Assembly: GCA_965223265.1 (NCBI GenBank)
Contig: OZ244999.1
Location: forward strand, 416,001-480,000
Direction of reading: 5' to 3'
DNA length: 64,000 nucleotides
From: Planctomycetota bacterium
GTDB lineage: Bacteria > Planctomycetota > UBA8108 > SXIK01
Made by a program: the position numbers and the translations under genes. How positions within the stretch are numbered: the first letter of the stretch is position 1; the number at the start of each line of letters is the position of its first letter. Below, one piece after another: positions 48,879 to 58,691 of this stretch. Below the pieces are notes generated by a model, which worked only from the letters and a program-made list of their open reading frames with translations, was not told where the DNA came from and searched no databases.

Positions 48879-50384
48879 ATGAATCCGATTCGCTGGATCC
48901 GATGGAAAGTTGTTTTCGTGTTGGCCGCGCTCTTTCTGGTGGTGTGGTTCATCGGCGTGGATCAGTTCCTGTTGAAGGCCGTCAACAGCTCGGGGCGCGA
49001 TTCCAAGGCGGCTCGTTGGAGCGTTGCGGACCTCGCCCTCGGTCTGCTCGGTGGCGACGTGAAGCTGCAGCAGCTGTTGGTCGCGACGCCGCAGCAGGTC
49101 GCTTCAGATGCGTCAACGGACGGCGCGGCAACTGTGGCAGCCGCCGAGGCTCAAGGCGCCGAGACTGATCAGGAGCGCGTCTTCGCCGCGGAGCGACTCG
49201 AGGTCAATACATCGATGGTTGAGCTTCTTCGAGGGCGTTACGTGCTCGACGAAGTGATCGTCCACGTGCCGAGACTGACGATCGAGCGGCGGCCGGATGG
49301 CTCGACGAACGTTGGCGATCTCGGCGAGGCGGAAGCGCCAGAGGAGGTCGAACCGCCCAAGGAGTCGACGGATTGGCTTGAGGTCGTCAAAAAGTGGCAC
49401 GAGCGCCTTGAGAAGTGGAAAAAGCGTCTCCCCAAAGGTGACGGCGAGGACGAAGAGGCTGAGGAGGAGGCTGGTGGCGAGACGGAAACGGACAGAAGTG
49501 GTGGGTTCGCGGATTACTCGAAACGGGCGAAGTTTCCCTTCGCGCAGCGAGCCGGAGTGGTGGCTCGCACCGTCGAGTTGAAGGGGCTTCAGATTGACTT
49601 TGCCGACGACGACTCGGGTAAGAAGTTGCCTCCTCTCGTCGATGCCGAGGCGACGATCACCGGCCTTTCGAGTCGCCCAAGTGTCCACGACAGCCCGACG
49701 CAGATTCGGCTACGTGGCAAGATCGCAGGCGCAGAGATCCGGCTCGACACCGACGTCGATCTTCGCGGCGCGGCGAACCTCTTTAAGTTTTCGTTCGACG
49801 CCGAAGGGTTGCCGGCAGCGCTTGTCGAGGCGTTTGTGGGTGAGTCGCTGCCCGTGTCGCTGCGCGAAGGATTGGTGTCGCTGCGCGCCGATATCAAGAT
49901 CGAAGGTGACTCAGTGCTCGAAGTGACGCCGCGCCTAGCGCTCAAAGGAGTGCAGGTCGCTACCAAAGATGGGCACGACAGGGTTGCAGGTTTTCCGGCA
50001 GAGAAATTCGTCGGCACGCTCAACGACGCGTCGTCGGAGCTTGATGAACTGGTCATCGACGATCTCAGGATCACAGGCTCACTGCGCGCGCCGCGCTTCG
50101 AGTGGGGGCAGACGCTGCAGGATCTAATCGTGATGGGAGGGCAGGCCTTCGCGCGTAAGCAGATCGCCGCCGGCGTAGCGCGCGGGCAGGAGCTCCTCGG
50201 ACGTGAGGGTGAAAAGATCCGCGAGCAGCTCGAAAAGTCCGGGCTCCCCAAGGGGCTCAAGGATGGGCTCAAAGAGATCGGGGAGGAGCTTCCCGAGGCT
50301 GGGGAGTCGCTCGAGAAGGCTGCAGGAGGCCTTCTCAAGCGGGGCCTTTTCGGCGACCGTGAGGACGACAGCGAGAAGAAGTAG
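48879..50384 (+). CDS. TIGR03545-like / AsmA-related membrane-anchored protein
   Basis: IRWK N-terminus with a TM anchor, beta-rich body, ITGLSSRPS, ITGSLRAPRF. Confidence 0.65.
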   Translation: MNPIRWIRWKVVFVLAALFLVVWFIGVDQFLLKAVNSSGRDSKAARWSVADLALGLLGGDVKLQQLLVATPQQVASDASTDGAATVAAAEAQGAETDQERVFAAERLEVNTSMVELLRGRYVLDEVIVHVPRLTIERRPDGSTNVGDLGEAEAPEEVEPPKESTDWLEVVKKWHERLEKWKKRLPKGDGEDEEAEEEAGGETETDRSGGFADYSKRAKFPFAQRAGVVARTVELKGLQIDFADDDSGKKLPPLVDAEATITGLSSRPSVHDSPTQIRLRGKIAGAEIRLDTDVDLRGAANLFKFSFDAEGLPAALVEAFVGESLPVSLREGLVSLRADIKIEGDSVLEVTPRLALKGVQVATKDGHDRVAGFPAEKFVGTLNDASSELDELVIDDLRITGSLRAPRFEWGQTLQDLIVMGGQAFARKQIAAGVARGQELLGREGEKIREQLEKSGLPKGLKDGLKEIGEELPEAGESLEKAAGGLLKRGLFGDREDDSEKK

Positions 50385-50658
50385 ACGAGGAACGGGCGTC
50401 ACCCTCATGGCGGCGCGAGGCGTGCGAGCCCGACCGTACCCACTCGCCGACCATACCCATTCGCGGGCCTTATTCGTTTCGCGTTGCTGCACGGCTTCCG
50501 TCGACGGTCGAAGTGGAGACGACGATCGTGCACACCTGGGTGGGGGCGTTTGTTGTCCGTCGCCGCGTGGGGATGACTGATTCCGACCCGTCGTCACTGG
50601 CGCCCTCAAGGATGTGCTACAATCACGGCGTAAGTTGGTCCCTCAACCGCAGGAGAGC

Positions 50659-51162
50659 ATGCAATTCCTTGTCGCAGGCCTTGCGGGAGTGGTTGTCGGC
50701 GGTGTGGCCACCGCGGTTCTGCTCCTCTTCTTATTCCAGAAACGCCTCGATCGCGATCTTGTCGAGCGGCAGCTGCGCGTCTGTCTCGAGTACCAGGAAG
50801 CCGTTGCGGCCCTCGTCCGCGTCCTCGAAGCGCCAGGCCAGCCTGGCGATGTCGATCAGGCGCGCTGGACGTGGGAGCAATTTCGCCGCGAGTTTCGCCT
50901 GACGAGTTGGGTGCTGCGGCCGCAGCTGCAGCAACAAATGGAGAGAGTCATCGTCGACCTCCAGAGTGAGTTCGATCGCCTCGGCGATCACGCCAAGCCG
51001 CGCTTGGCTCAGACTGTTTGCGAACGCCAACGTCATCTTGCACGCCTCGTCGACCGTGAGCGCGATGCACTCGTGAGCGCCTTTCGACGGGCGCGCTACC
51101 TTCCCATCTCATCCGTGTCCGAGCCTGAGCATGCCGCCGGGGCGAAGGTCCATGACGCCTGA
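50659..51162 (+). CDS. Hypothetical protein with N-terminal TM helix
   Basis: RBS AGGAG before ATG 50659; extended -10 TGcTACAAT at 50615-50623. Confidence 0.65.
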   Translation: MQFLVAGLAGVVVGGVATAVLLLFLFQKRLDRDLVERQLRVCLEYQEAVAALVRVLEAPGQPGDVDQARWTWEQFRREFRLTSWVLRPQLQQQMERVIVDLQSEFDRLGDHAKPRLAQTVCERQRHLARLVDRERDALVSAFRRARYLPISSVSEPEHAAGAKVHDA

Positions 51163-53866
51163 GACACGCCTGCGGATTCAAGGCCGCCACTCTGCGTTTC
51201 CAGAGGGGTTGCTGTATCGCTGTCTGCGTCGGAGTCGCTTTCTCGTTGTTGTCTGCACTTGCGTCGCCAGCGCCTTCGCGACGTCACCGCGGAACGTTGA
51301 CGCGGATTCGGCGAGCCGCGATCCGTCGGACAAAGAACCCGGCTCACCGCGGCAACTCACCCCAGAGGAAATCGAGAAGCGGCGGCAAGCTCTCTCGCGT
51401 TGGGTGTTCGAGCCCGTGGCCCTCGATGGGGACAGCTTCCGGCTTCTGATCGATCGACGCGACAGCAGCTTTGTGCTGCAAGACCTGCGAACTCAGGCGA
51501 AGTGGTACTCGTCTTGGGGACGACGTGGGTTCGCAAGTGTTCAGCTGGCAGGCGGGGGGGAGCGGGCGGCGGAGTCGGAGACAGAGACGGAGTCGGAGAC
51601 AGAGACAGAGACGGAGGCGGAGGCAGAGACGGAGACAGAGACAGAGACGGAGGCGGAGACAGAGACGGAGGCGGAGACAGAGACGGAGGCGGAGACAGAG
51701 ACGGAGGCGGAGACAGAGACGGAGGCGGAGACAGAGACGGAGGCGGAGACAGAGACGGAAGCAAAGTTAGAGACGGACAGGGAGTTCGAGGCCGATACGC
51801 CCACGCCCACGCCCACGCAAACGCCCACGCAAACGCAAACGCAAACGCAAACGCAAACGCAAACGCAAACGCAAACGGCTTCCAACTCGGCCGGCGATCC
51901 TCAGGCGCGATCGTCCACCGTCTCCGCCTCCGAGTGGCTCGCTCTCGACGAGGTCCTTGAGGTGCGGCCGCGGGGTTCGGTCGTTTCGCTGTTGCTTGCT
52001 CCTCGTGGCCGCGCTGATGTTTTCAAGCTGCGCTGCGAGTTTGAGGTGCTGCCATCGCGGCGCGGGTTTGTGCTGCGCTACGCGGTCGACGCGTCGAGTT
52101 CGCCTGCAAGGCGCTTGCGGCTTCTCGATGCGTCGCTGTGGCTCTCCGATGCGGACGATGGGGCGGCGGCGTACTTGCCGCGCGGTGCTGGCGAGCGGGT
52201 GCGCCCCGGCGCGTCCACGATGTTTCGCCGTCGCTTGTCGGGGAGCCGCGTGGGGATGTCCCATGCTGCGATCGGCGCGGAGGCCGCGGCGATGCCGTTC
52301 GTCGGGGTTCGTAAGGACACGTCGTCGGTGCTGGTGCGTTGGAGCGATCCAGCGTTGGAGATGATCGTGGAGGGGCGAACGACGTCGGACGCGCGTTTTC
52401 CAGGTTCGGATGGGCTTTTCGTGTCGCTCGAGTCTTCCGCTTCTCGCGGTGAGGTGGACATCCTCTGTAGCGGCGGCGGGGAGCTCGATTGGATGGAGCT
52501 CGTGCGCCTCCACCGGGAGACGCAACCTCGGAGAAAGTCGCTACGCTTCAAGACTGGTGCGCAGCGTTCTCATCGCGCTTTGATTGGTGCTGCGATATTT
52601 CGACCGCGCGTCAGTGAATCGCACAGTTTCGATGCGATCGCGCAGCGGGCTGTGGAGCTGCATGAAAAAATCGAGATCGACCGCGCGCTGGTGGTGTTTG
52701 ACGATTGGGGTACTTGTGAGCAAGGGATTCTTCGACCTCGCGCCGATGCCGGTGGGGTTTCGGCGCTGCGCAGAAGTCTTGAGCACCTGCGCGAGATAGG
52801 CTACCTCGTTGGACTGAGCGTTGACACGCGGCGGCTTGCGCCCTGCGCGGCCGGTCGTCTAGGCGCCGAGCCGCAGGGCGCTGCGTCGCCCGAGAATCCG
52901 TGGCCATCGCGGCTCGAAGCCGTGCAAGATTTCGAAGTCTTGGCGTCGGCTGCGGAGCTTGGGCCGGATTTGCTTCTCACTTTGGAGAAGCCATCGCCTC
53001 GATATCCAGCCGCTCTACTGCCTGCGGTGCTCCGTTCTCGCCAGCTCTTTTACGACGAGCTGGGGCGCCGATTCGATCTCCTGGGGCTCGAGGTTGGAAG
53101 CAGTGCCGATCTCGATTCCGCTGTCTACTTCGGGGGGCTTTTGGACACTCGAAGCGCCGTGTCCGAGGATGGGTTGTCCCCGGCCACGTCGGTCCCGCTC
53201 TTCAGCGCAGTGCACGGTCGCCACGTGCGCATTGGGGCTCGCGACAGCCGCTGCGCCCAAGCGGATGACCCTGTCGCCGTCCTCTCTCATCTCATCGCTG
53301 GTGAAGTGCCCCTTTACTCGCTTGTATCGCTTCCTGAAGGATCGGCACGGGCGGTTGAGGATTCCTCGAACGCAACAGATCCTCGGTGGACGTTCGCTCG
53401 GGAGGACGGATGGTGCGCTGGGCGCGACCTGACGCCAGATGAAATCTTCATCAAGAACACCTACGAAGTCCTCTCGTACGTCGCGCGACATCGCGCGCGG
53501 TCGCCCATGTTTTATCATCGCCGTGTGCCGTGCGAGGGGGCCGAGGTGTATGAATCTTTCTTCGGCCATGACCTTAGAGTGCTCGTTAACTATGGTCCTG
53601 GGGTTTTCGAGGATGCAGACGACGAGGTGGTTCTACCGCCGCTGGGGTTTTTCGTTCGCCATCCCTTCTTTCTTGCTTTTCACGCCCGAGCGGTGTTCGG
53701 TGCGGCTTATCGCCAGCCAAGTTTGTTCGTCATCCGATCGCTCGAGGGTAAGATGATTTATCGAGCCGAACGCGTCTATATGTACCGCGGCTTCGGCGAT
53801 CGGCAGCTACGACTCGGCGGCAAGCGGTTCACGGTAGAGCGTGAACTGGTAACGAGGATTCGCTGA
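51152..53866 (+). CDS. Large protein, DUF5696/glycoside-hydrolase-like, with an in-frame low-complexity insertion
   Basis: C-terminal motifs VPLFSAVH, FIKNTYEVLS, LPPLGF, FLAFHA, RSLEG, RGFG; family call is from recognition only. Confidence 0.6.
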   Translation: MTPETRLRIQGRHSAFPEGLLYRCLRRSRFLVVVCTCVASAFATSPRNVDADSASRDPSDKEPGSPRQLTPEEIEKRRQALSRWVFEPVALDGDSFRLLIDRRDSSFVLQDLRTQAKWYSSWGRRGFASVQLAGGGERAAESETETESETETETEAEAETETETETEAETETEAETETEAETETEAETETEAETETEAETETEAKLETDREFEADTPTPTPTQTPTQTQTQTQTQTQTQTQTASNSAGDPQARSSTVSASEWLALDEVLEVRPRGSVVSLLLAPRGRADVFKLRCEFEVLPSRRGFVLRYAVDASSSPARRLRLLDASLWLSDADDGAAAYLPRGAGERVRPGASTMFRRRLSGSRVGMSHAAIGAEAAAMPFVGVRKDTSSVLVRWSDPALEMIVEGRTTSDARFPGSDGLFVSLESSASRGEVDILCSGGGELDWMELVRLHRETQPRRKSLRFKTGAQRSHRALIGAAIFRPRVSESHSFDAIAQRAVELHEKIEIDRALVVFDDWGTCEQGILRPRADAGGVSALRRSLEHLREIGYLVGLSVDTRRLAPCAAGRLGAEPQGAASPENPWPSRLEAVQDFEVLASAAELGPDLLLTLEKPSPRYPAALLPAVLRSRQLFYDELGRRFDLLGLEVGSSADLDSAVYFGGLLDTRSAVSEDGLSPATSVPLFSAVHGRHVRIGARDSRCAQADDPVAVLSHLIAGEVPLYSLVSLPEGSARAVEDSSNATDPRWTFAREDGWCAGRDLTPDEIFIKNTYEVLSYVARHRARSPMFYHRRVPCEGAEVYESFFGHDLRVLVNYGPGVFEDADDEVVLPPLGFFVRHPFFLAFHARAVFGAAYRQPSLFVIRSLEGKMIYRAERVYMYRGFGDRQLRLGGKRFTVERELVTRIR
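51569..51877. repeat. Bipartite hexamer-based array: 18-bp GGAGGCGGAGACAGAGAC units, then (ACGCCC/ACGCAA)n
   Basis: Visible tandem array encoding (EAETET)n followed by (TP/TQ)n. Confidence 0.92.
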
Positions 53867-53932
53867 CGAGCAAAAGATCGGGAATGCAAGACATCGCCGT
53901 GACGAGAACGTAGATATCCGCGCGAGGACCTG

Positions 53933-54325
53933 TTGAAGAAGATTACGGCTCTCCTACTTTTGGGTGTTTTGGGGGTGTCCGGGGTCGTCTCCGGCTGCGG
54001 CGTGAGCGAGCGCCGAATAGCACCGGCCGATTCGTCGCCAGACGAGACGTCGGAGCCGCGCACTGCGGCCGCCCGACCGATCAGCGACACGCATCCGATG
54101 GGCATCAACGATTACCTGATTTATCCCGTGAAGTGGGGGCGTGCAGAGGACGTCGCGCAGACGATCGAGCCACTGCTGCGTTCGCGTTACGGTCCTGACG
54201 TCCGAGTGATTCCTCACGTGCCGACGAACAAGCTGCTGATCTACTTGCCGCCGGAGCACCTTCGCCAGCGATCGCAGCGGCCCAACTTGCCCGGCGGCTC
54301 GACCGTCCCCTCAGGTCGCCGCTGA
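53933..54325 (+). CDS. Small lipoprotein with a single secretin-N-like domain
   Basis: Lipobox VVSGC; IYPVKWGRAEDVAQTIEPLL..VRVIPHVPTNKLLI. Confidence 0.65.
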   Translation: MKKITALLLLGVLGVSGVVSGCGVSERRIAPADSSPDETSEPRTAAARPISDTHPMGINDYLIYPVKWGRAEDVAQTIEPLLRSRYGPDVRVIPHVPTNKLLIYLPPEHLRQRSQRPNLPGGSTVPSGRR

Positions 54326-54358
54326 GTATTTGACATCAACGCATACCGATCGTCGTGG

Positions 54359-55333
54359 CTAGCCTTGACTCCTGAAGCGTTTGATGAATTCCTCCACAAA
54401 GAGGTCGATGTAAGTCGGCGACATCGCGGAGGAGTGCGGCATGAGTAGCGTGTTGGGGCAGCCACGGATGGCCGCGTCTTCCGGCAGAGGTTCCGTCTCA
54501 AAGACGTCGAGGCAAGCGCCGGCTAGACGTCCTTCGCGTAGCATGGCTGCGAGAGCTGTTTCGTCAATCGCGTTGCCGCGCCCGACGTTGTAGATGCACG
54601 CGGTCGTGGGCAGCAGGCTGAGTCGTTTGGCGTCCATCATGTGGGTCGTCGACTCGCCCCCGGGTAGGCTCAGGACGAGGTGATCGGCGCTTGGTAGGAT
54701 CGCGTCGAGCTCCGCCATGGAGACGATTCTGTCGTCGTCGCCCAAAAACGACGGCGTGCGTCCCACGGTGCGACGAACTCCTGATATACGGACTCCAAAG
54801 GGCTTCGCCAAGCGGGCGATCCACTCGCCGATGTGTCCGAATCCCAGGATCACGACGTGACTGCCACGCAGCGGCCGCATCGCCCGATCCATGTCTGCGC
54901 GCGGCCATGGATCATTGGCCTGCAGCTGGCTCGCAAGAAGGATGCCGCGAGTTTGAGCTAGCATCATACCCAGCACGGTCTCCCCCATCAGCTCGCCGTG
55001 GTACGACCCGTAGTCAACTCGCAGGTTCGATGTGGGTCGAATACGGAGGTGCTCTCGGCCGGCAGCGGGCGTTGCGAGCCATGAAAGACGTGGCGCCAAC
55101 TCCAGCCACTCTTCGTTAAAGCTCCAAACAAGTGCGACATTGACCCTCTCAAGGACGCCGAGGAATTCGCCTTCTTCAACGCACCAGATGACTTCTGCGT
55201 GCGGGAGAGCATCTCGCAAGCGAATGAAGTGCTTCTCGGTGAACGCCCACGACTGGTATGCACGATGATGCAAATAGGCTGCGATCACCGTTCGGCGTGA
55301 TGCGGCGATTTCTTCAGAGGCTGGAGGCGTCAT
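54359..55333 (-). CDS. D-2-hydroxyacid dehydrogenase family protein
   Basis: GFGHIG, NVGRG, LDVFETEPLP, MPHSS. Confidence 0.9.
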   Translation of the reverse strand: MTPPASEEIAASRRTVIAAYLHHRAYQSWAFTEKHFIRLRDALPHAEVIWCVEEGEFLGVLERVNVALVWSFNEEWLELAPRLSWLATPAAGREHLRIRPTSNLRVDYGSYHGELMGETVLGMMLAQTRGILLASQLQANDPWPRADMDRAMRPLRGSHVVILGFGHIGEWIARLAKPFGVRISGVRRTVGRTPSFLGDDDRIVSMAELDAILPSADHLVLSLPGGESTTHMMDAKRLSLLPTTACIYNVGRGNAIDETALAAMLREGRLAGACLDVFETEPLPEDAAIRGCPNTLLMPHSSAMSPTYIDLFVEEFIKRFRSQG

Positions 55334-57204
55334 TTAGCATCCTTCCGGGCCTCGTACCAATCTCGAATCGCCGCGATCTGAGCGCGTCGTACACTGGGTT
55401 TCTCGGTGGCGTCGAATCGCGGCGGGAAATCCAGAAAGAACGCCTTGAAGTTGCTGTACGCCGCCTGGCGAACGACAACGTTTTTGTGGTCAAGGTCATC
55501 GAGAAAGTATGGGATCGCTTCTCGGGCTTTGAGGCGCATGAGTGCCCACATGACGGTCACCCGCATGCGCACGCTTCGCTTTGCCCTGCGGTAGTATTCG
55601 AGAAGTTTCGGAACGCCGCTCGCCTCACCAGCTTCCTCGAGTCTATGAACGTGCAACCAGCGGTCGTACCACTCCTTGTACTCGCGGTTGTCTCGGAATC
55701 GCTCGCCAGTGATATGGACGAGGTGCGACTCAAACCGGCGACGTGGTCCTCGGCGTTTCGCTTTGCGATGGGCGAGGATCAGCTCGGGCAAGAGCTCACC
55801 CTTTTTGTGGTCTGGGTGGTGCTCAACCGCTTCCTCGAGAAGGTCGAACATGCCAGTGGACGGGCGCAGGCGCGTGGAAAGGACGAGCGTGGGAAAATGA
55901 ACTCTTCCGTCGAGCCGTGGGACGTAGACCCACTGCTTCCCGTCCTCGCCTTTGTCACGGGTGGATCGGCCAGAGACGACGACGCGTCGAAGCGGTTCGA
56001 GTGTCATGAGTGTGGTGGCGCGATTTAGGATCAGCAGCGCGAAAGCTGTCGGGATTTCCGGCGACTCCGGCTCGTGGGGACCCTTGCCAGACCAACTGCC
56101 GTCGTCGTTTTGGGACGAAATGAGATGCCTCTCGAGCTCAGCGTGCCAATCGTGCGTGTCAAACTTACGCACCCCACCCAGGTCTCCCACTTTCTCTAGG
56201 CTGTACATGTTGTAGAGGCGGTCCCCAGGAGGTTGCCAGTGCTCCATAAGCCATCCGTAACCGTCATCGATCGACCGGTTCAGTGCTCGCAGCTCTCGTG
56301 CTTTCTTCGGATCTCGACTTGGTTCGGGAGCGGAGCCACCGAAGAGATTTTGACGCACGAGAATCAACGAAGAGAGGCCCGCGCATGTCATCTGAAACGA
56401 TGCGTTAGAGTCTCGTCGATATTTCCAGCCGCGCGCTCGTCTACGTCGAGGCTTTGAGCGCTTCTTGCGACCCTCTGAGGATTTCACCCGAATGCCTCCC
56501 CAGTCTCGCGTGTATTCCTCGAAGAGTGGCTTCTTCTTCGTACGAGGGCCTTTCTGCTCCTGCTCCACGATAAAGTGCTCAGAGATGCTGCGCCACACGT
56601 CACGTGGGATCTCGACTCCTCTCTTGGCGCCGACGCCGAGCGCCAGTACGGCAAACTGTGTGTTGGAGTTGTCGGTCTGATCGCCACTATCGTAGTGCCA
56701 CCCACCGCTCTTGTGCTGTCGTTCTACGAGTGCCGTCACCGCCTCCTCGAGTCGATCAGTGATGTGTCTTGCAACACGCCAACGCCGTTCGCGTTTGCCC
56801 GTGGCAAGAAGGTGCCGATCTGTTTCGATCTGAGTCAGGACAGCGTCGAGCGCGAAAACATAGCACGACGTCACATATGTCGCATGCGTGCCGGAGAACT
56901 CAAGAGCGTTGAGTTCTGTCAGCGCACGACGAATCGTGGGCGACTCGACCGACACTCCGGCGACTGTGAGCGCGTACACGCTGAGGACGAACGCACCAGT
57001 TTCAGCTGTGGGAGACAGCGAAGACGACCGTTCCAGCTGCTTTCGAATCGTCGCCAGCTTTTCAGCGGTGCGCGGCAGAAGATAATCGACACCGCGTTCG
57101 ACCGCGCGCGTGGGTGGATGATCCGCAGCGGCCGTCGCTGTCAGCGAAAGCGTCACTGCGAAAGCGAAGAGGCGAATGCGAAGCGTCGGTCCGGTCAAGC
57201 ACAT
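55330..57204 (-). CDS. Secreted prenyltransferase-like alpha/alpha-barrel protein with C-terminal HEAT repeats
   Basis: QHKSGGWHY, DNSNTQFAVLAL, MTCAGL, YSLEKVG, QNDDGSW, TAFALL; HEAT-like REAIPYFLDDL..VRQAA. Confidence 0.72.
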   Translation of the reverse strand: MCLTGPTLRIRLFAFAVTLSLTATAAADHPPTRAVERGVDYLLPRTAEKLATIRKQLERSSSLSPTAETGAFVLSVYALTVAGVSVESPTIRRALTELNALEFSGTHATYVTSCYVFALDAVLTQIETDRHLLATGKRERRWRVARHITDRLEEAVTALVERQHKSGGWHYDSGDQTDNSNTQFAVLALGVGAKRGVEIPRDVWRSISEHFIVEQEQKGPRTKKKPLFEEYTRDWGGIRVKSSEGRKKRSKPRRRRARGWKYRRDSNASFQMTCAGLSSLILVRQNLFGGSAPEPSRDPKKARELRALNRSIDDGYGWLMEHWQPPGDRLYNMYSLEKVGDLGGVRKFDTHDWHAELERHLISSQNDDGSWSGKGPHEPESPEIPTAFALLILNRATTLMTLEPLRRVVVSGRSTRDKGEDGKQWVYVPRLDGRVHFPTLVLSTRLRPSTGMFDLLEEAVEHHPDHKKGELLPELILAHRKAKRRGPRRRFESHLVHITGERFRDNREYKEWYDRWLHVHRLEEAGEASGVPKLLEYYRRAKRSVRMRVTVMWALMRLKAREAIPYFLDDLDHKNVVVRQAAYSNFKAFFLDFPPRFDATEKPSVRRAQIAAIRDWYEARKDAK

Positions 57205-57598
57205 CTCTCATGTTGGGGGGGATCTGAGCCATTCTACGGCGCGGCGAAGTCTCTTGTCCACTTTCGCATTGCTTCGTGAGACTCTGTCCCACTGTCTGAA
57301 AAGAATGAACGTAGGAAACGCCGTCGGCGCGGCGATTGCCCGCATGCGCAGTGCTTACGGAGCTGAAGTGCGCTCCGCGTGCCGCCCTGTCTCGGAACGT
57401 GCTCATGATGCACTCGTCACCGTTCTCCCTTGCCGATTCTCTGCAGACCCTGAGGTTCGAGATCGAACGAAAAACAGTTTGGGAGTCTCGAATCCTGCGA
57501 CTGTTTGAGTTAAGCTGCCCGACCGGTTACGACGAGCTTCGTGCAGATTGTTTGGAGGCCTGCGGGCGTGTGCGGGGCGAATTGACTCGGAGGATCGC

Positions 57599-58663
57599 AT
57601 GAGCGAGCAACAAAGGCATTCGACGGTGGCGTTTAGCTTCTTCGTTCAAAGCATGATTGGCGCGGTTCTGGCGGTCACATTCGGGCTGCTGATCAGCGCG
57701 TGTGGGCAGTCAGCGTCTGAAGATGACGGTGACCTGCGGATTGTCGTGATCCCGAAGGGGACGACGCACGTCTTCTGGAAGTCTGTTCACGCCGGCGCCA
57801 TCAAGGCGGAGCGCGAAATCAACGGAAAAGAAGAAGAGTCGAGAAAAGTCCGAGTGATTTGGAAAGGCCCCCAGAAGGAAGACGACCGCGAGCAGCAGAT
57901 CCAAGTGGTGGAGAATTTCGTCTCGTCCGGGGTTCACGGGATCGTCCTCGCGCCGCTTGACGACACAGCGCTTCTTCGGCCGGTGCAAGCTGCCGCGAGC
58001 GCCGACATCCCGGTCGTCATTATGGACAGTGGGCTCAAGGGCGATGTCGGTAAGGACTATCTCTCGTACGTTGCCACGGACAACTACCAGGGGGGAGTGC
58101 TGGGCGCTCAGAGGCTGGCCGAGCTACTTGGTGGAGAGGGCGAAATCATCTTACTTCGTTATCAGGAAGGTTCGGACAGTACGACACAGCGAGAGAATGG
58201 CTTCCTTGACACCATGAAGAAGGAGTTCCCTCGCATAGTAATTCTGAGCGACAACCTCTACGCCGGAGCCACTTCCGAGAGCGCGCAGCAGAAGTCTGAA
58301 AACTTGCTGACACGCTTCCGGGATCAAGTCGACGGCATCTTTTGTCCCAATGAATCATCGACGGCCGGCATGCTGAGCGCGCTGCAGGCGTTTGGACTCG
58401 CTGGCAAGGTGAAATTCGTCGGCTTCGATTCGAGTGAAGACTTGATCGCGGCGCTCAAAGGCGGGGAGCTGCACGGGTTGGTGCTGCAAAACCCGATCAA
58501 CATGAGCTACCTGGGGGTGAAGGTGCTCCACGCTCACTTCACAGGTGAGACGTACGAAGAGCGTATTGACACCGGTGTCACGGTTGTCACTCCGGAGAAC
58601 GTCGACCAGCCAGAGATGCGTCTCTTGCACTCTCCCGATCTGTCCGAATGGCTCGACGAGTGA
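57599..58663 (+). CDS. Sugar ABC transporter substrate-binding lipoprotein (RbsB-like)
   Basis: Lipobox ISAC, IPKGTTHVFW, VATDN, PNESST, VGFD, QNP. Confidence 0.9.
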   Translation: MSEQQRHSTVAFSFFVQSMIGAVLAVTFGLLISACGQSASEDDGDLRIVVIPKGTTHVFWKSVHAGAIKAEREINGKEEESRKVRVIWKGPQKEDDREQQIQVVENFVSSGVHGIVLAPLDDTALLRPVQAAASADIPVVIMDSGLKGDVGKDYLSYVATDNYQGGVLGAQRLAELLGGEGEIILLRYQEGSDSTTQRENGFLDTMKKEFPRIVILSDNLYAGATSESAQQKSENLLTRFRDQVDGIFCPNESSTAGMLSALQAFGLAGKVKFVGFDSSEDLIAALKGGELHGLVLQNPINMSYLGVKVLHAHFTGETYEERIDTGVTVVTPENVDQPEMRLLHSPDLSEWLDE

Positions 58664-58691
58664 AACATTCGAGGCGCTAGCGGGCTCCAGC

